Source: Naegleria gruberi (Eukaryota). From it: a stretch of DNA of 64,000 nucleotides. Made by a program: the position numbers and the translations under genes. Shown here piece by piece: positions 22,416-33,600 of the stretch. The notes beneath the pieces were generated by a model. It saw only the letters and a list, made by a program, of their open reading frames with translations, was not told the DNA's origin and searched no databases. The stretch is from assembly GCA_000004985.1 (NCBI GenBank), contig GG738875.1; one strand, 5' to 3'. The stretch's first letter is position 1. The number at the start of each line of letters is the position of its first letter.

Positions 22416-24263
22416 TTAATGTGAATGAAGATAAATGTCACCTTCTTCATCTTCTGCACCGCTATAACATTCTGCTGGAGATGTATTCACAATAATTGGA
22501 AGTTGATTCAATCTACTTCTCACCTTATTGGAGACGAAACAGTGACTCAGGTCTAGAATTTGTAAATGTAAATAATCACTTTCAATTCCACTTTCCAAAA
22601 GTTCTACAAATTCATTAACTCCCTTATCATTAAGGTTTGAAAGAGAAAAATCAATAATGTGAACTCTCTTTGAGATGGCACTTTCGAAAATTGTCTTTGT
22701 GCATTGATTAAGAAACTCAAAATTTCTCAAACCTAGATAGGTCAAACTTGGAAAGATTCCCTTCTCATCCTTGGAAAGTAATTTGGAATTCTTCATAAAT
22801 TCATCATTGCATCCATCAACTGAAAGTCCTATAAAGAGTTCCAAATGAGTTAAATTTGGAAGATAGGCATTGAATAAATTTGTTAAAAAATCTGTGCTCA
22901 GTGAGGCAGAAATTAAAACAAGAGACTTGAGATTGATGTGACTGAATTGAGCTGAAATGTTCAAATTTTCACCACCCTTAGATCTCCAAAATGACAACTT
23001 TGGGAGGCTATTGAAAACACTAGTCATGTCATCTTGTTGAATATAGCATACATCATTATCTTCTTCATCAACATTTAACAAGTTAATTGAATTGATTTGT
23101 TGTAATTTCTTAGAATTCTGCTTGATCCAATCAATGAATATCTTTGGCTTCTTATCGTGGAAATCTTCTTCAAATTTGGCAAGATCCAACTCTTCAAATT
23201 TTTCAATATTATCCAATGTCTTTTTGAGTTGAAGTTTAACTGATCCCTTATAAGTATTCTTTCTTTTTACTTTTCCTTCCTCTTCATCATCATCATCCTC
23301 GTCCTCATCACCGTCATCCTCGTCTTTGAAATAGATTCGAGAATATTTGAGACCAGTTGTGAAATATCTACTCATGGCCTCTTCACTCTTAATCAAGTGG
23401 AAGATAGTTGAGGAATTGTAGTCTGTTCTCTTTGCATGCTTGTGATTGGTGACATCGACTTGAATGGCTTTTTGGACTCTCTTTTTCCAATCCTTTCTCT
23501 TTTCAGCAGTGATAGCTAATCTACCAATGGATTTCTGCAAGTTGCAGATCTCCTCAGGTGTTAACTTTAATACTGGCTCTCCTTTAAATTCGTATTCATT
23601 ATCATGAATATGGTGAAACAGATTATTTTCAACTCTAGATTTCACATTTTGATTTCTAACAGAAAGTAAAAATGCAACTGTTTCCTCTTCTGTTTCATCA
23701 GCAATAAGGGTATTGAATTTTGAAATACAAGACAATCTAATCAAATCAGAAACTGAACAGAATGTGAAGATCTGACGAACAATTTCGTCTGGCAACTTGT
23801 TAAACTCTTTAAATTTGATAATCTTGCTTCCAGAACTGCTTGCCTTACCAGAACTACTGGCAGTTGATTTCGATGATGTTTTCCTCTTCTTCTTAGCTTT
23901 GGAATCACTATCCGAATCACTGCCACTATCATCCGAATGGCTGCCACTGCCACTTCCTGATATCAACAAGTACTTTCTATAATCTACAACCTTTCCACTA
24001 TCAATACACTTCCATAGAAAATCTTCACTCACAATAGGAACATCTTTTGCTTTTGCATTATTCACCTTTGACGTAGGAATACCACGAGCTTCATGTTCTG
24101 TTGTGATCAGAAAATTAGTCGAGTTGGTCACTGATGATGAAGTCTTTCCTCCATTCTTCTTGATATCACTCTCCACATCCGATCGTTTCTTGCTGAGTGT
24201 TCCAGAGCAACAGAAAACCAAACTAGATAGCACACCAGATTTACCGTTACTCTTTTTGACCAT
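22416..24263 (-). CDS. F-box protein with a C-terminal leucine-rich-repeat region and Ser-rich, acidic linkers.
   Basis: F-box LPDEIVRQIFTFCSVSDLIRLSCISKFNTLI. C-terminal LRR-like repeats (LTHLELFIGLS..., LTYLGLRNFEFL..., LQILDLSHCFVSN). Start MVKKSNGK at 24263 in an aaaaaaaATG context. Confidence 0.6.
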   Translation of the reverse strand: MVKKSNGKSGVLSSLVFCCSGTLSKKRSDVESDIKKNGGKTSSSVTNSTNFLITTEHEARGIPTSKVNNAKAKDVPIVSEDFLWKCIDSGKVVDYRKYLLISGSGSGSHSDDSGSDSDSDSKAKKKRKTSSKSTASSSGKASSSGSKIIKFKEFNKLPDEIVRQIFTFCSVSDLIRLSCISKFNTLIADETEEETVAFLLSVRNQNVKSRVENNLFHHIHDNEYEFKGEPVLKLTPEEICNLQKSIGRLAITAEKRKDWKKRVQKAIQVDVTNHKHAKRTDYNSSTIFHLIKSEEAMSRYFTTGLKYSRIYFKDEDDGDEDEDDDDEEEGKVKRKNTYKGSVKLQLKKTLDNIEKFEELDLAKFEEDFHDKKPKIFIDWIKQNSKKLQQINSINLLNVDEEDNDVCYIQQDDMTSVFNSLPKLSFWRSKGGENLNISAQFSHINLKSLVLISASLSTDFLTNLFNAYLPNLTHLELFIGLSVDGCNDEFMKNSKLLSKDEKGIFPSLTYLGLRNFEFLNQCTKTIFESAISKRVHIIDFSLSNLNDKGVNEFVELLESGIESDYLHLQILDLSHCFVSNKVRSRLNQLPIIVNTSPAECYSGAEDEEGDIYLHSH

Positions 24264-24321
24264 TTTTTTTAAATTAAATTTTATTAAAAACAATTTGGGC
24301 GGGAAACAATTTCAAAAAAAA

Positions 24322-25371
24322 ATGCAGAAAATATCTTTCCTGTTGGTTGTCTTGTTGATTGTGGGATTTGTTATTGTGAATCATTCGGAATGTGCTGATG
24401 CAACATCAGCAATGATTTTACGAGGAAATTCATCTTTGAGAAAATTTAATAATTTAGAATCATCATCTTTATTTGCAACTTATAATCAAGCAATGGTTCA
24501 ATTATTTTCAGTGAATGCTTCGGATGCTAGTTTTAATCCAGTTGGTCCTCCGAATCAAGCTGCTGGACAATCAATTATGGCACAACAATTGAGTGATATT
24601 GATGAGGTGAATAAGATTTTCTATGTCTTGTCTTTGAATAGTACAAATAATAGAGTTTACTTGTTGGGAATGAGTTTAAAGAGTGGAGAAATTGTGAGGA
24701 ATATTCTATTGCCAATTGTGGAAACTTATTGGGTTGGATTTGGACAATCTCTTGTTGTGAATCAAAATAATGGAGATGTTTATGTTGTGGGTCAGGAGAG
24801 TATGAATGCCAAGTTTGTTCTCCTCTCAATTAATTATGAAACCTCACAAATTACCAAACTAAATGAAATGCAAGAACTTATTGCAATTGGAAGCATTTGT
24901 GGATTTGATCCAAAGAATAATATTTTGTGGTTGGAATTTGCCAAGAATAGATCTGGAGTTGCTGAGTATGATTTGTATGCATTTGAACCAAAGAGTGGAA
25001 AATTAATTACAACTATTGTGAATACAGAGCTGATGCAAACCATGGAATTCGACAGAAAGACAGGTGTAATGATTGGAATAGGATTGAAACAACTCTCAAA
25101 AACCGCATTCCAGAGAACCATTGTTACACTTGATGGTTCAACATTCAAAATGAAAACCATTCTCAATGTTCAAGGCAACTATGTCGAATTGAATGATATT
25201 ATGGGACCAATTGATTATGTCAATAGAATTTTGTACTGTTTGATGAGACCTGCTGCCGCTAAAGTCTTTGATTTCTTAATGATTGATTTGGACAGTGGAG
25301 CAATTTTGAACAAGGTAAACATGTTAGGAAAGAGAACACCATGGAATTTACAATTTCTCAATAATTTATAA
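24322..25371 (+). CDS. Secreted protein, about 349 aa, with a cleavable signal peptide; family unassigned.
   Basis: MQKISFLLVVLLIVGFVIVNHSECADA is a signal peptide. The rest is hydrophilic with repetitive beta-strand-like segments. The start is 58 bp from the divergent F-box gene start. The stop is 1 bp from the stop of the convergent gene. Confidence 0.5.
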   Translation: MQKISFLLVVLLIVGFVIVNHSECADATSAMILRGNSSLRKFNNLESSSLFATYNQAMVQLFSVNASDASFNPVGPPNQAAGQSIMAQQLSDIDEVNKIFYVLSLNSTNNRVYLLGMSLKSGEIVRNILLPIVETYWVGFGQSLVVNQNNGDVYVVGQESMNAKFVLLSINYETSQITKLNEMQELIAIGSICGFDPKNNILWLEFAKNRSGVAEYDLYAFEPKSGKLITTIVNTELMQTMEFDRKTGVMIGIGLKQLSKTAFQRTIVTLDGSTFKMKTILNVQGNYVELNDIMGPIDYVNRILYCLMRPAAAKVFDFLMIDLDSGAILNKVNMLGKRTPWNLQFLNNL

Positions 25372-25372
25372 T

Positions 25373-26587
25373 TTACAACTCTGATAATAATTTAATGTAA
25401 TAGTAAGGATCCGAAACTTCCTTAAATAAAATACAAGAAATGGTTTCTTCAAATATCTTAATCTTTCCATAGACATTTCCTTCATGGTCTGCATCATTGA
25501 AAATCTCTGAAACATTCTCTCTCATCACATAACTCAAATTACTTGCAATGTGGTCAACTCTGAGACAATATATTCTCTTGTTGGTAATGAAATAATGTTC
25601 CGAAACTTGAATGTATCGTGTTGTGTGGAATAGAGCAAATAAAACTGGAAGAATTAGAATTGGAGCCATCCATGAAACAATTGTCTGATCATCAGTTGAG
25701 GCATACGAATACACAAACATTACAATTCCAGCAATAATGCAACCTATCAGCAATACAATAGTAATAATAGAGGAAACCAATAAATATCTGAATGACTTTC
25801 TACGAATGGCTTCATAGGTGAATAGTTCTTCTTCAGGAAGAAAAGTGGCCGATAGAATATTCAAAGAAGGATGTTCAGTATTGATAACCAGTTGTTCAGA
25901 TGACTTGTGTTCTGATATTATTGCAATATTATTGGAATCTTCTCCTAAACATTTCATTCCCTTTCCAAATCTGATAAATTCTTGGACTTTTTGACTTGAA
26001 GCATATTTGTTCACAAGAAAAAGTGTAATTGATAATCCGAATATTACTCCTGCACATACTATTAAACTCCAATACAATTCATCATAGTTAAATTCATCCA
26101 ATAACTTTAGGGAAATATCACTCGATGTTTGGATTGAGCTAGTGGATTGTACTTTCTTTGAATTGGCATAACAAGCAAATGACCTTGATTCCAATAAACT
26201 TTGAGCACATTTCAAAGTTTCATTCAATTTCTTATATTTACAAAAAGATGTCCATTCAATATTATTCCCAACATTAGTCATATTCACTTGAATAGGATAA
26301 ACAAAATGTTCCAAATCCTGCCTAATCAAACTCTGAATAGATTCCTTCCTCTCAACATTTGCAATCTCACACCTGTACTCATCAAACTTGATATACATTG
26401 TATCGAATAATACCAAGGCACCATACAGCACCACAATCACCAAGATGGAAATTAGAAAATAGAGCAAAATCCTACCAACATGATAACTGCTCCTACTTTC
26501 GGACTTTATCTTTGAGTGCTGATGAAAAGATTGTTCATGAGATGGGAGGCAATAATGTGTCGGATGAAGTAGAATCATTTTTTTCAA
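25373..26587 (-). CDS. Multi-pass membrane protein, family unassigned.
   Basis: 404-aa ORF with several 20-25-aa hydrophobic segments (ILLYFLISILVIVVLYGALVLF, LYWSLIVCAGVIFGLSITLFLV, LLVSSIITIVLLIGCIIAGIVMFVY, MAPILILPVLFALF). Confidence 0.45.
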   Translation of the reverse strand: MKKMILLHPTHYCLPSHEQSFHQHSKIKSESRSSYHVGRILLYFLISILVIVVLYGALVLFDTMYIKFDEYRCEIANVERKESIQSLIRQDLEHFVYPIQVNMTNVGNNIEWTSFCKYKKLNETLKCAQSLLESRSFACYANSKKVQSTSSIQTSSDISLKLLDEFNYDELYWSLIVCAGVIFGLSITLFLVNKYASSQKVQEFIRFGKGMKCLGEDSNNIAIISEHKSSEQLVINTEHPSLNILSATFLPEEELFTYEAIRRKSFRYLLVSSIITIVLLIGCIIAGIVMFVYSYASTDDQTIVSWMAPILILPVLFALFHTTRYIQVSEHYFITNKRIYCLRVDHIASNLSYVMRENVSEIFNDADHEGNVYGKIKIFEETISCILFKEVSDPYYYIKLLSEL

Positions 26588-26908
26588 GTGTTGTTTATTG
26601 AGGATGATCCTTTTTGTTTGCCATTAATGGTGCGCCCATTCTAATGTGATGGTGGTGCCCTTTGAATTGTTTTTTAATATTGCACGTATGATGACAATGA
26701 TGGTAATTTATCTAATATTTGAAGCAATTTGTGGAGTTTTAGAGTGTTCGGGTGTGTTAATTGTTGTAATATTTGCTATTAGTACGTTGAAAGAATCTGT
26801 CTTTGGGGAAGGAGTTTTGTTTACTGAGAGAATACAAGTGGATTTTCGAATTTTGGAAATTTGAAGAATAATTTAAAAGTGTATTGTAATAAGGAAAGCA
26901 ATTTTTAT

Positions 26909-28361
26909 TTAAACCTTAATAAGAGAAGCAGAGACAGAGGAAGCTTGATTGAGTCCACTGATAGCATACAATGTGTGCCAACAATTACTAGCTGGCCAAG
27001 TGAATACGAAACTTTGTCCATTATTAAGAGCTCCACTATTGATTACCTTTGTAGAATCTGAACAATCCAAATTGAATGAAAGACGCAATTGACCTCCCCC
27101 AGTTGTAATAGCAGTGAGATTGTATGATTGACCAGCAATTGGCTTGGCCCAATTCAACTTGGCAAAACCAGTTCCATTACTATTGGTTTGAGTAACACGA
27201 GCACTCTTGGAAGGGAAAACTACAGCTTGTTGATAAGTATCAAAAACTCCCAAAGCATCACCAGATTGCAAGGTCCATGGTCCTCTCATTGACAACAAGT
27301 TTTGATTTTGTGAAAAAGTAACTGGTTGACCATTACCATTCAACCAACTGGAGGCACTAACAAGAGGACGCAAAGCTTCTCTAATAGTTTGCAATTCACT
27401 GGCTGCGGTGTTGCTCCAACCACCAGGAGGATGCAAAGAGTAATTAGCTCCAATTTCAACATAGATTGCATAAGGAGTTCCAACATTTCTATCAACTACT
27501 CTAGCTCCATAAGTTTTCAAAGTTTCTGCAACTTTTCTAAGCTTTTGAGTAGTCAACTTGGAAGCATTGAATGAGGATGGAAGCATTAACAAACTACCTT
27601 CTGGAATAGCTCCATAATTGGTTGTAGAAGCATCACCATCTGCAGAAGTTGCTGGGAAAACATAAGTGTTACTACCATTAGCAAGAGCATTGTAAGTTAA
27701 AGATAAAGCCAATGCGTGTCTGTACATGACATCACCATCATCAACTTCGTGCTTTCTTATAATACCAGCAGAACTGACAATACCAACGGCACGAGCACCT
27801 TGATAGTAATGAGCTGGATCTCCCCAACCAGTTCCATCCAAAGCAGCCCATCCATAAAGAGTAGCTCTCCAAACACCTGTGACATTCTTGAGTTGCCAGA
27901 ATGAGTGAATAACCTTTGCAATTGGATCCTACAATAAAATATATTCGATAGTTCAATACGTTAACAATTTTGAACATTACAAGAATACTTACATAAATTT
28001 CACAATGTCCATCAGATCCAGTGGCTGGAACAGCATTAGCTGGCCAACGTGGAATTACCATACTAGTAACATAACCTCCAATATCAACATTCTTAATACC
28101 AACAGTTGCTGAAGGTCCGTAAACGGTCATTGGTTGATCGGTTGCTGAAGCAACATAAACACCAGTTGAGTAAGCACCTCCTTGAACAGTTGGGAAATAA
28201 GTTGATGCTGGAACTGTTACACCTGAAAGAATTGGGTTGACTGGACGACTATTCCACAATGAGTTGACAGAGAATGGTTTGTTGACTGTTCCCCATTGTG
28301 CTGCTACAGAATATGCAGCAGCGAGATAACAAAAAGTAATAGCTAGGATTACTTTAAACAT
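26909..28361 (-). CDS. Secreted protein of about 510 aa, two exons: complement(join(26909..27928,27993..28361)). Atypical composition.
   Basis: Signal peptide MFKVILAITFCYLAAAYSVAAQ. The GTAAGT...TTGTAG intron of 64 nt joins ...DGHCEIY|DPIAKVIHSFWQLKNVTGVW... in frame. The protein is Gly/Ala/Thr/Ser/Val-rich with almost no Asn or Gln tracts and noticeably higher GC than neighbouring genes. No family recognised. Confidence 0.55.
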
Positions 28362-28979
28362 TTTGATTTTTTTTGTTTCGAATAATGTTTAGGTTGTTTA
28401 ACAATGATCTTTTTAAAGGGGTTTGGTTTGTTACTGTTTCTAATAGATTACGAGACATAACTAACCATGTTCTAGTGCGGAATGTCAACTTGAATTAAAA
28501 TGTTTAGTATATTCACAAATCATTATTCGAATTAGTATGTGAATCATCATGAGATCTCGAATAAAACGCGAAAACCATACGAATTTCCAATACATTGTTA
28601 AATAATCCACGATTCGGCTGCTCTACAATCATACAATGATTGTAAAACAATGTTAAAAGTCCCACCTTATCAAAGGTTATTCAATGAACTGGAATGTTTT
28701 AATTAAACAATATCTTTATACTACGACTACTGTAGAATATTGTAATGTTAAATTGTCAGCTGTTTATTTTCAAATTTGAAAAAATAGCTTGCAAAATGAT
28801 TCGCTCTAGAAATTTATTGGTTTTTTGCTTGCATTTATCATTGCTCCATTGCAATCAATGATGACTAAAATAATATAATGAATTAATTAATACTTTATCA
28901 TGAACATTCCTATCATGATCAAATTATCTTAGATCTGCTCAGAATTAACAAGTACTAATTACATTCTTTGCTAAATAGA

Positions 28980-29470
28980 TGGTTACTGTTGAACATCTCT
29001 TTAATTGTAGCTATCAATCTATTTTGCACAGCTGTCATAATCAGCTTCAAACAGATTTTTTTTCTGGGGCCATTTCCTCCAAATGTTCCTTATCATCCCT
29101 AACATACTTTCTGAGAATCTTTTCACATTATGTTGCTACAATAATACAAGCTAAAGTAAATGGAGAACGATTCTTGCTATCCTTAATGTTGTAATCAGCT
29201 CCATGTTCCAATAAAAATTCAACCTAGTTTACCAATCTGTAAAATACTGCACCATGGAGAGAAGCCCATTGATCTCCAATCTTGAGCTTTTCATTGAGGA
29301 GATGTTGCTTTTCAGAGGTTTTGCACAACATAATGACAGGCTCGCTTTGTATAACAGAGATCTGTCACAAGACAACTTTAAAAAAATGCAAAACTTAACA
29401 TTCATTATTATGAGTAAATAGTCAAACAACTCAGATAAGCTCAATAATCTGTAAAACTTCAATCCTTAAA
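28980..29470 (-). pseudogene. Degenerate ankyrin-repeat fragments in a 2.3-kb ORF-poor stretch.
   Basis: The minus-strand translation contains LLEHGADYNIKDSKNRSPFTLACIIVAT, a classic ANK repeat, followed by stops, plus a second fragment (...EINGLLSMVQYFTDW). There is no continuous ORF. Confidence 0.25.
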
Positions 29471-30671
29471 TGTTGTACTGGTTGAAAATCCATTTTTTTG
29501 TTGTCAATTATCCTTTGTTGTATTTCAAGTGAAACAGGTTTTTGCTCGGTGAAGTGAAACATCATTGCCATGGTTTGAAAAGATTCCAACAATTAAAATT
29601 CTATGGGTTTGCCTTACCAATAATAGGACTATTTTCTGCTTCCGTCCCTTGAACTTTTTTAAACTCCACATGTCAATCTTTCATAATACTGAACTGGTCA
29701 GATAATCACGTCACTGACCATTGTATAAAAAAACCACCGCATAATAATTCACCAGATTTAAACAAATACTATCAGTTGACCACAAAGATCACCTCCAATT
29801 TCATATCAATATTCGTTATATCTTGTTTTATCAAATTCCTAATACTATTGACCCCAACTTTATATTCCCCAGATATTCATCTGACTAAACGCCACAAATC
29901 CAAAAAACTGTTTGAAAAATTTGGAGGCAAACGTAAAAATTGACTTTTTGAGAAGTAAAAAAATTTCGCAAACACACATCTTGGAGCTTGTGCGAAGAAG
30001 AATATTCAAAGCAAGGAACACACGGAAACAGCAACATTGATAGTAGTTTGTTTTCATTGCTGTAATCATCAATTCATCATTTAGTGAAATTTCCGATTGG
30101 TAAATAGTTGGTGGACGAACATCTTGTAGACAGAGAGTGTTGTTATTGTTCATCATCAGTAGCATTGGAATATATTCTAACATAAAATCGGAAGGTTTTT
30201 TAAAGTAACCAATTTAGAGGCTGATAATTTGTAGACTTTCCAGTCATTAAATTCTAGTTGGTTGATAATCTTCCAATTATAATTGTAGCAAGCATTTGAC
30301 TGGCTACCAATATTACTTTGATCAAAGCTTAGCCATCAGTTTGGATCCGCTAAATTGCAACAGTATTGTTTGTGGTAGGAAGATTGTTGCATAATTTTTT
30401 TCTATTGCTAAAGAGGATTCTCTTCGTGACTCCTCGTTGTTATTAAGATTCTCTTTACAAAAAGAATCAAGAATCAGATCCTCAACCTTCTGTTTTGACT
30501 GGCTCTTAAGAAAGACAAAGAATCCAATACCATTCAACAGATATTGAATTCAACTTTTGGAAGTATCCAACAAAATAGACAACACTTGTCACTGCTTTTG
30601 TGATTGATCTAACTGTTTTAGAAGATAGCTCAAGATAACGGTTCCTCTTGCATTTCAGTCGTTTTTGAAAA

Positions 30672-33600
30672 ATGTTCAATAATCCAAATGCATCCCACTT
30701 TCTTGGAGCTTCAGGAAGAAGAGGCAGCACCAGCTCCACTGCCAGCTCAACTTCATCAAGTCCATTCTTTCCCACCAGCATTCTCCAAAACAATGCATTC
30801 AATTTGAATCAACAAATTAATAATGTGAAAGGAACACCACCAATTCTTTCGACTGGCTACTACTTTCAACAATACCAAAAGCAAATAGAACAAAATAAGT
30901 CACTACGAAATACATTCAATTCGCCATCCATTCAAAGACAATCACCACAAGAATTGGCTACCACTCTTTATAGAACATCTACTGTTACAGGTAAACAACC
31001 AACTCTTGATTTTGTAATGAATAGACAAGAAGAAGAAGGTAACAATTCGAGTATGAATAGTGTTAAGAAAAATAATGCGAGCACTTCATCTTTCTCAACA
31101 GATTTACACAATAGTATGCAATCCATGAATAGTCACCAACAGGATTCATCCTCCTCTTCGACCACCTCAATTTTAACTACTGCGAATAATAACAATATAA
31201 TGACAAACAATAACACATCCTATCCAGTTAATTTCATTACACAAAATCAATCACAACCATATCAAAGTTTGTTTTCTTCCCAAACAAGTACCCCAATATT
31301 ACAAGGCAGCAGTCAACAACAACTCCACCACCACAATAAGATTACAAATGCAACTCTATGTAATTCACCATTTGGAGAATTTGAGCACGAACCTCACCAA
31401 TCCAAGAGAGACGAACAAGGAAACAATCAGAGCAAGACCATAATAACGAACAACGCGCCTTCTCTTGTGCAACAACAAAACAAGTCTAAAAAATTATCAG
31501 AAGGAACAACAAATTCCAAAACAAACAAATGNNNNNNNNNNNNNNNNNNNNNNNNNNNNNNNNNNNNNNNNNNNNNNNNNNTGTTGTTGAAAACATCTTC
31601 TTCATCATTATCACCAACTCTAAACAATAATTATTTAAATTCTATTGTTGTTAATAATAACCAAGGAGTTCAACTTGAAAATACCTTGGGTGAAAATTAT
31701 TCTTCAACAAACTCTTCCTCCGCCACAAGAAAACAATCTGCTGGGATTGTACCATCCTCCCCTAAAGAAGCAAACAAACAGTTTCTGTCGCAAAGAAATA
31801 ACATGTCTGTGAGTACAGCATCGAGCAATAATAACATGCTGATGAATCCTTCATCAGCATCACCAACCAAACAAAGTCCGCATCTTACCTCTTCACTTAA
31901 AACTAATGTTGGTTTTACGAGTATGCAGCCTCCTTCAAGCAGTTCATCAACAATTCCATCTTCCAATAGAAAGCTAGATATTCCCACGACGTCGAATAAT
32001 GATAATTCAACAAACTCTTCCTCCCAACAACATAATCCAATTCCAACTACCTCTTCATCCAATCCAACATCTTCCCCTAAAATACCAGCCCTTGAATCTG
32101 AACCACCAACAGTCAAATTACCTTCAATTTATGCTGTTTTACTTAATGATAAGGATCCATACTTTAGTCAAGGCAAGGATCAAAATTCTGAAATTATTTA
32201 TTTACGTCCTATTGCCAAGATGGTTGAAAATTCCAAGAAGAAACAATCATGCCATGCTCAATTTGGAAATAATATTGTCAAGAAGCAATCATCTCTAAGA
32301 TCGAAAATTAGAGGTATTGTTGGTTCGAGGAGAATGGAAGAATTTAAAAAGCAAACAACAAGTGAGAGAGCTCAATCTAAAACATCAAGTTCAGCCGAAG
32401 AGAGTGATAAGAAGGATCAATCATCAGAAAACAATTTAACCGTTGATGTTAAAACATCTTCATCAGATTTCAATCTCGATATGAATGATGATAATATCAT
32501 GGCTTTTGGTTCAAGCGAAGATTTTGGCCTTATGTATGACGACATGATGGGACTGGATGATCAAGACTTTATGAGTACATTGATGAGTGATGATAATTTG
32601 GGTTTATTGTCTGAACAGCCAAATTCCAACGTTTCAACACCATTACTAGATAGAGATTCCATGAGAAGATCTGGCTCTGCCATGAAACACGAAGTTTCAC
32701 ATACGTCCCTAAGTTCCTTCCTTAGTTCGCCTGCCACACCAATGGCCAGCTTACCAGTCAACCCTTCACAAACCAAGGAAGGTCAAATGGTTTCAAATCA
32801 AAGTAACTTTTGGGATAGTTCCATGAGCGGATCTCTTGATAATATTCCTGTTTCGAGTGGTAACTTTTTTATACCATCTGCTGCGAAAAACAGTTCATCA
32901 TCTAATAGTATGAATGTTAGCAACAATAATATTAGTTCAAGCATGACAACTCCAAACGAAATGGTGAGAAAACAAGAAGTTTCCACGAGTAACAATATGG
33001 CACCAAGTCGAGGAGTCAATTCTCAAAATCCTGTTCCATCCAATCAAATGAGTAAACCTGCATCCAACAATTCAATGATGAATAATTTTAATACCTCTAA
33101 TAACATGAATAATACCATGAATAATAACTTGAATATGAATACTATTAATAACAACATGAATTCATTGATGAATAACATGAATAATTCCATGAATAGCAAT
33201 TCCATGATGGGAAATAACAAATCTATGAATAATAACATGAATAGTAATATGACTAATAATAATAATATGAGTACTATGAATAATAATAATAATCAACACA
33301 TGGGCCTGAATCAGCAAATGGCAGGAATGCAGAATAACATGTTTGCTAACAATAATGGTATGAACAACAGTGTACAAAATGACTCTACCAGTAATTTTGA
33401 TACCAACAATTTTTTCAATATCAGTACTGATACATTACTTCAAGGCATTCTTTATGCACAAAAGAGTGGAATTAATCTTGCATCTCTGTTTGCTCTCACT
33501 TTACAGCAACAACAAAATCAAGCTAGTTCCTACAACGAATCCACTAGTAATTTTGGTAATAGCTTTAAGAATAATAATCAATTCAATAACATGAACAATG

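Noticed and set aside
31532-31581. N-runs at 31532, 34601 and 50144 as possible biological features.
   Set aside because: Exactly 50 N each is the conventional unknown-size scaffold gap. The X-runs in track proteins derive from them.
31697-32116. 139-aa minus-strand ORF within the Asn-rich zinc-finger gene, together with similar antisense ORFs at 33044-33731.
   Set aside because: They are antisense to a long sense ORF in a repetitive Asn/Ser codon region. Their composition (Leu/Val/Glu runs) is just the complement of AAT and AGC repeats.
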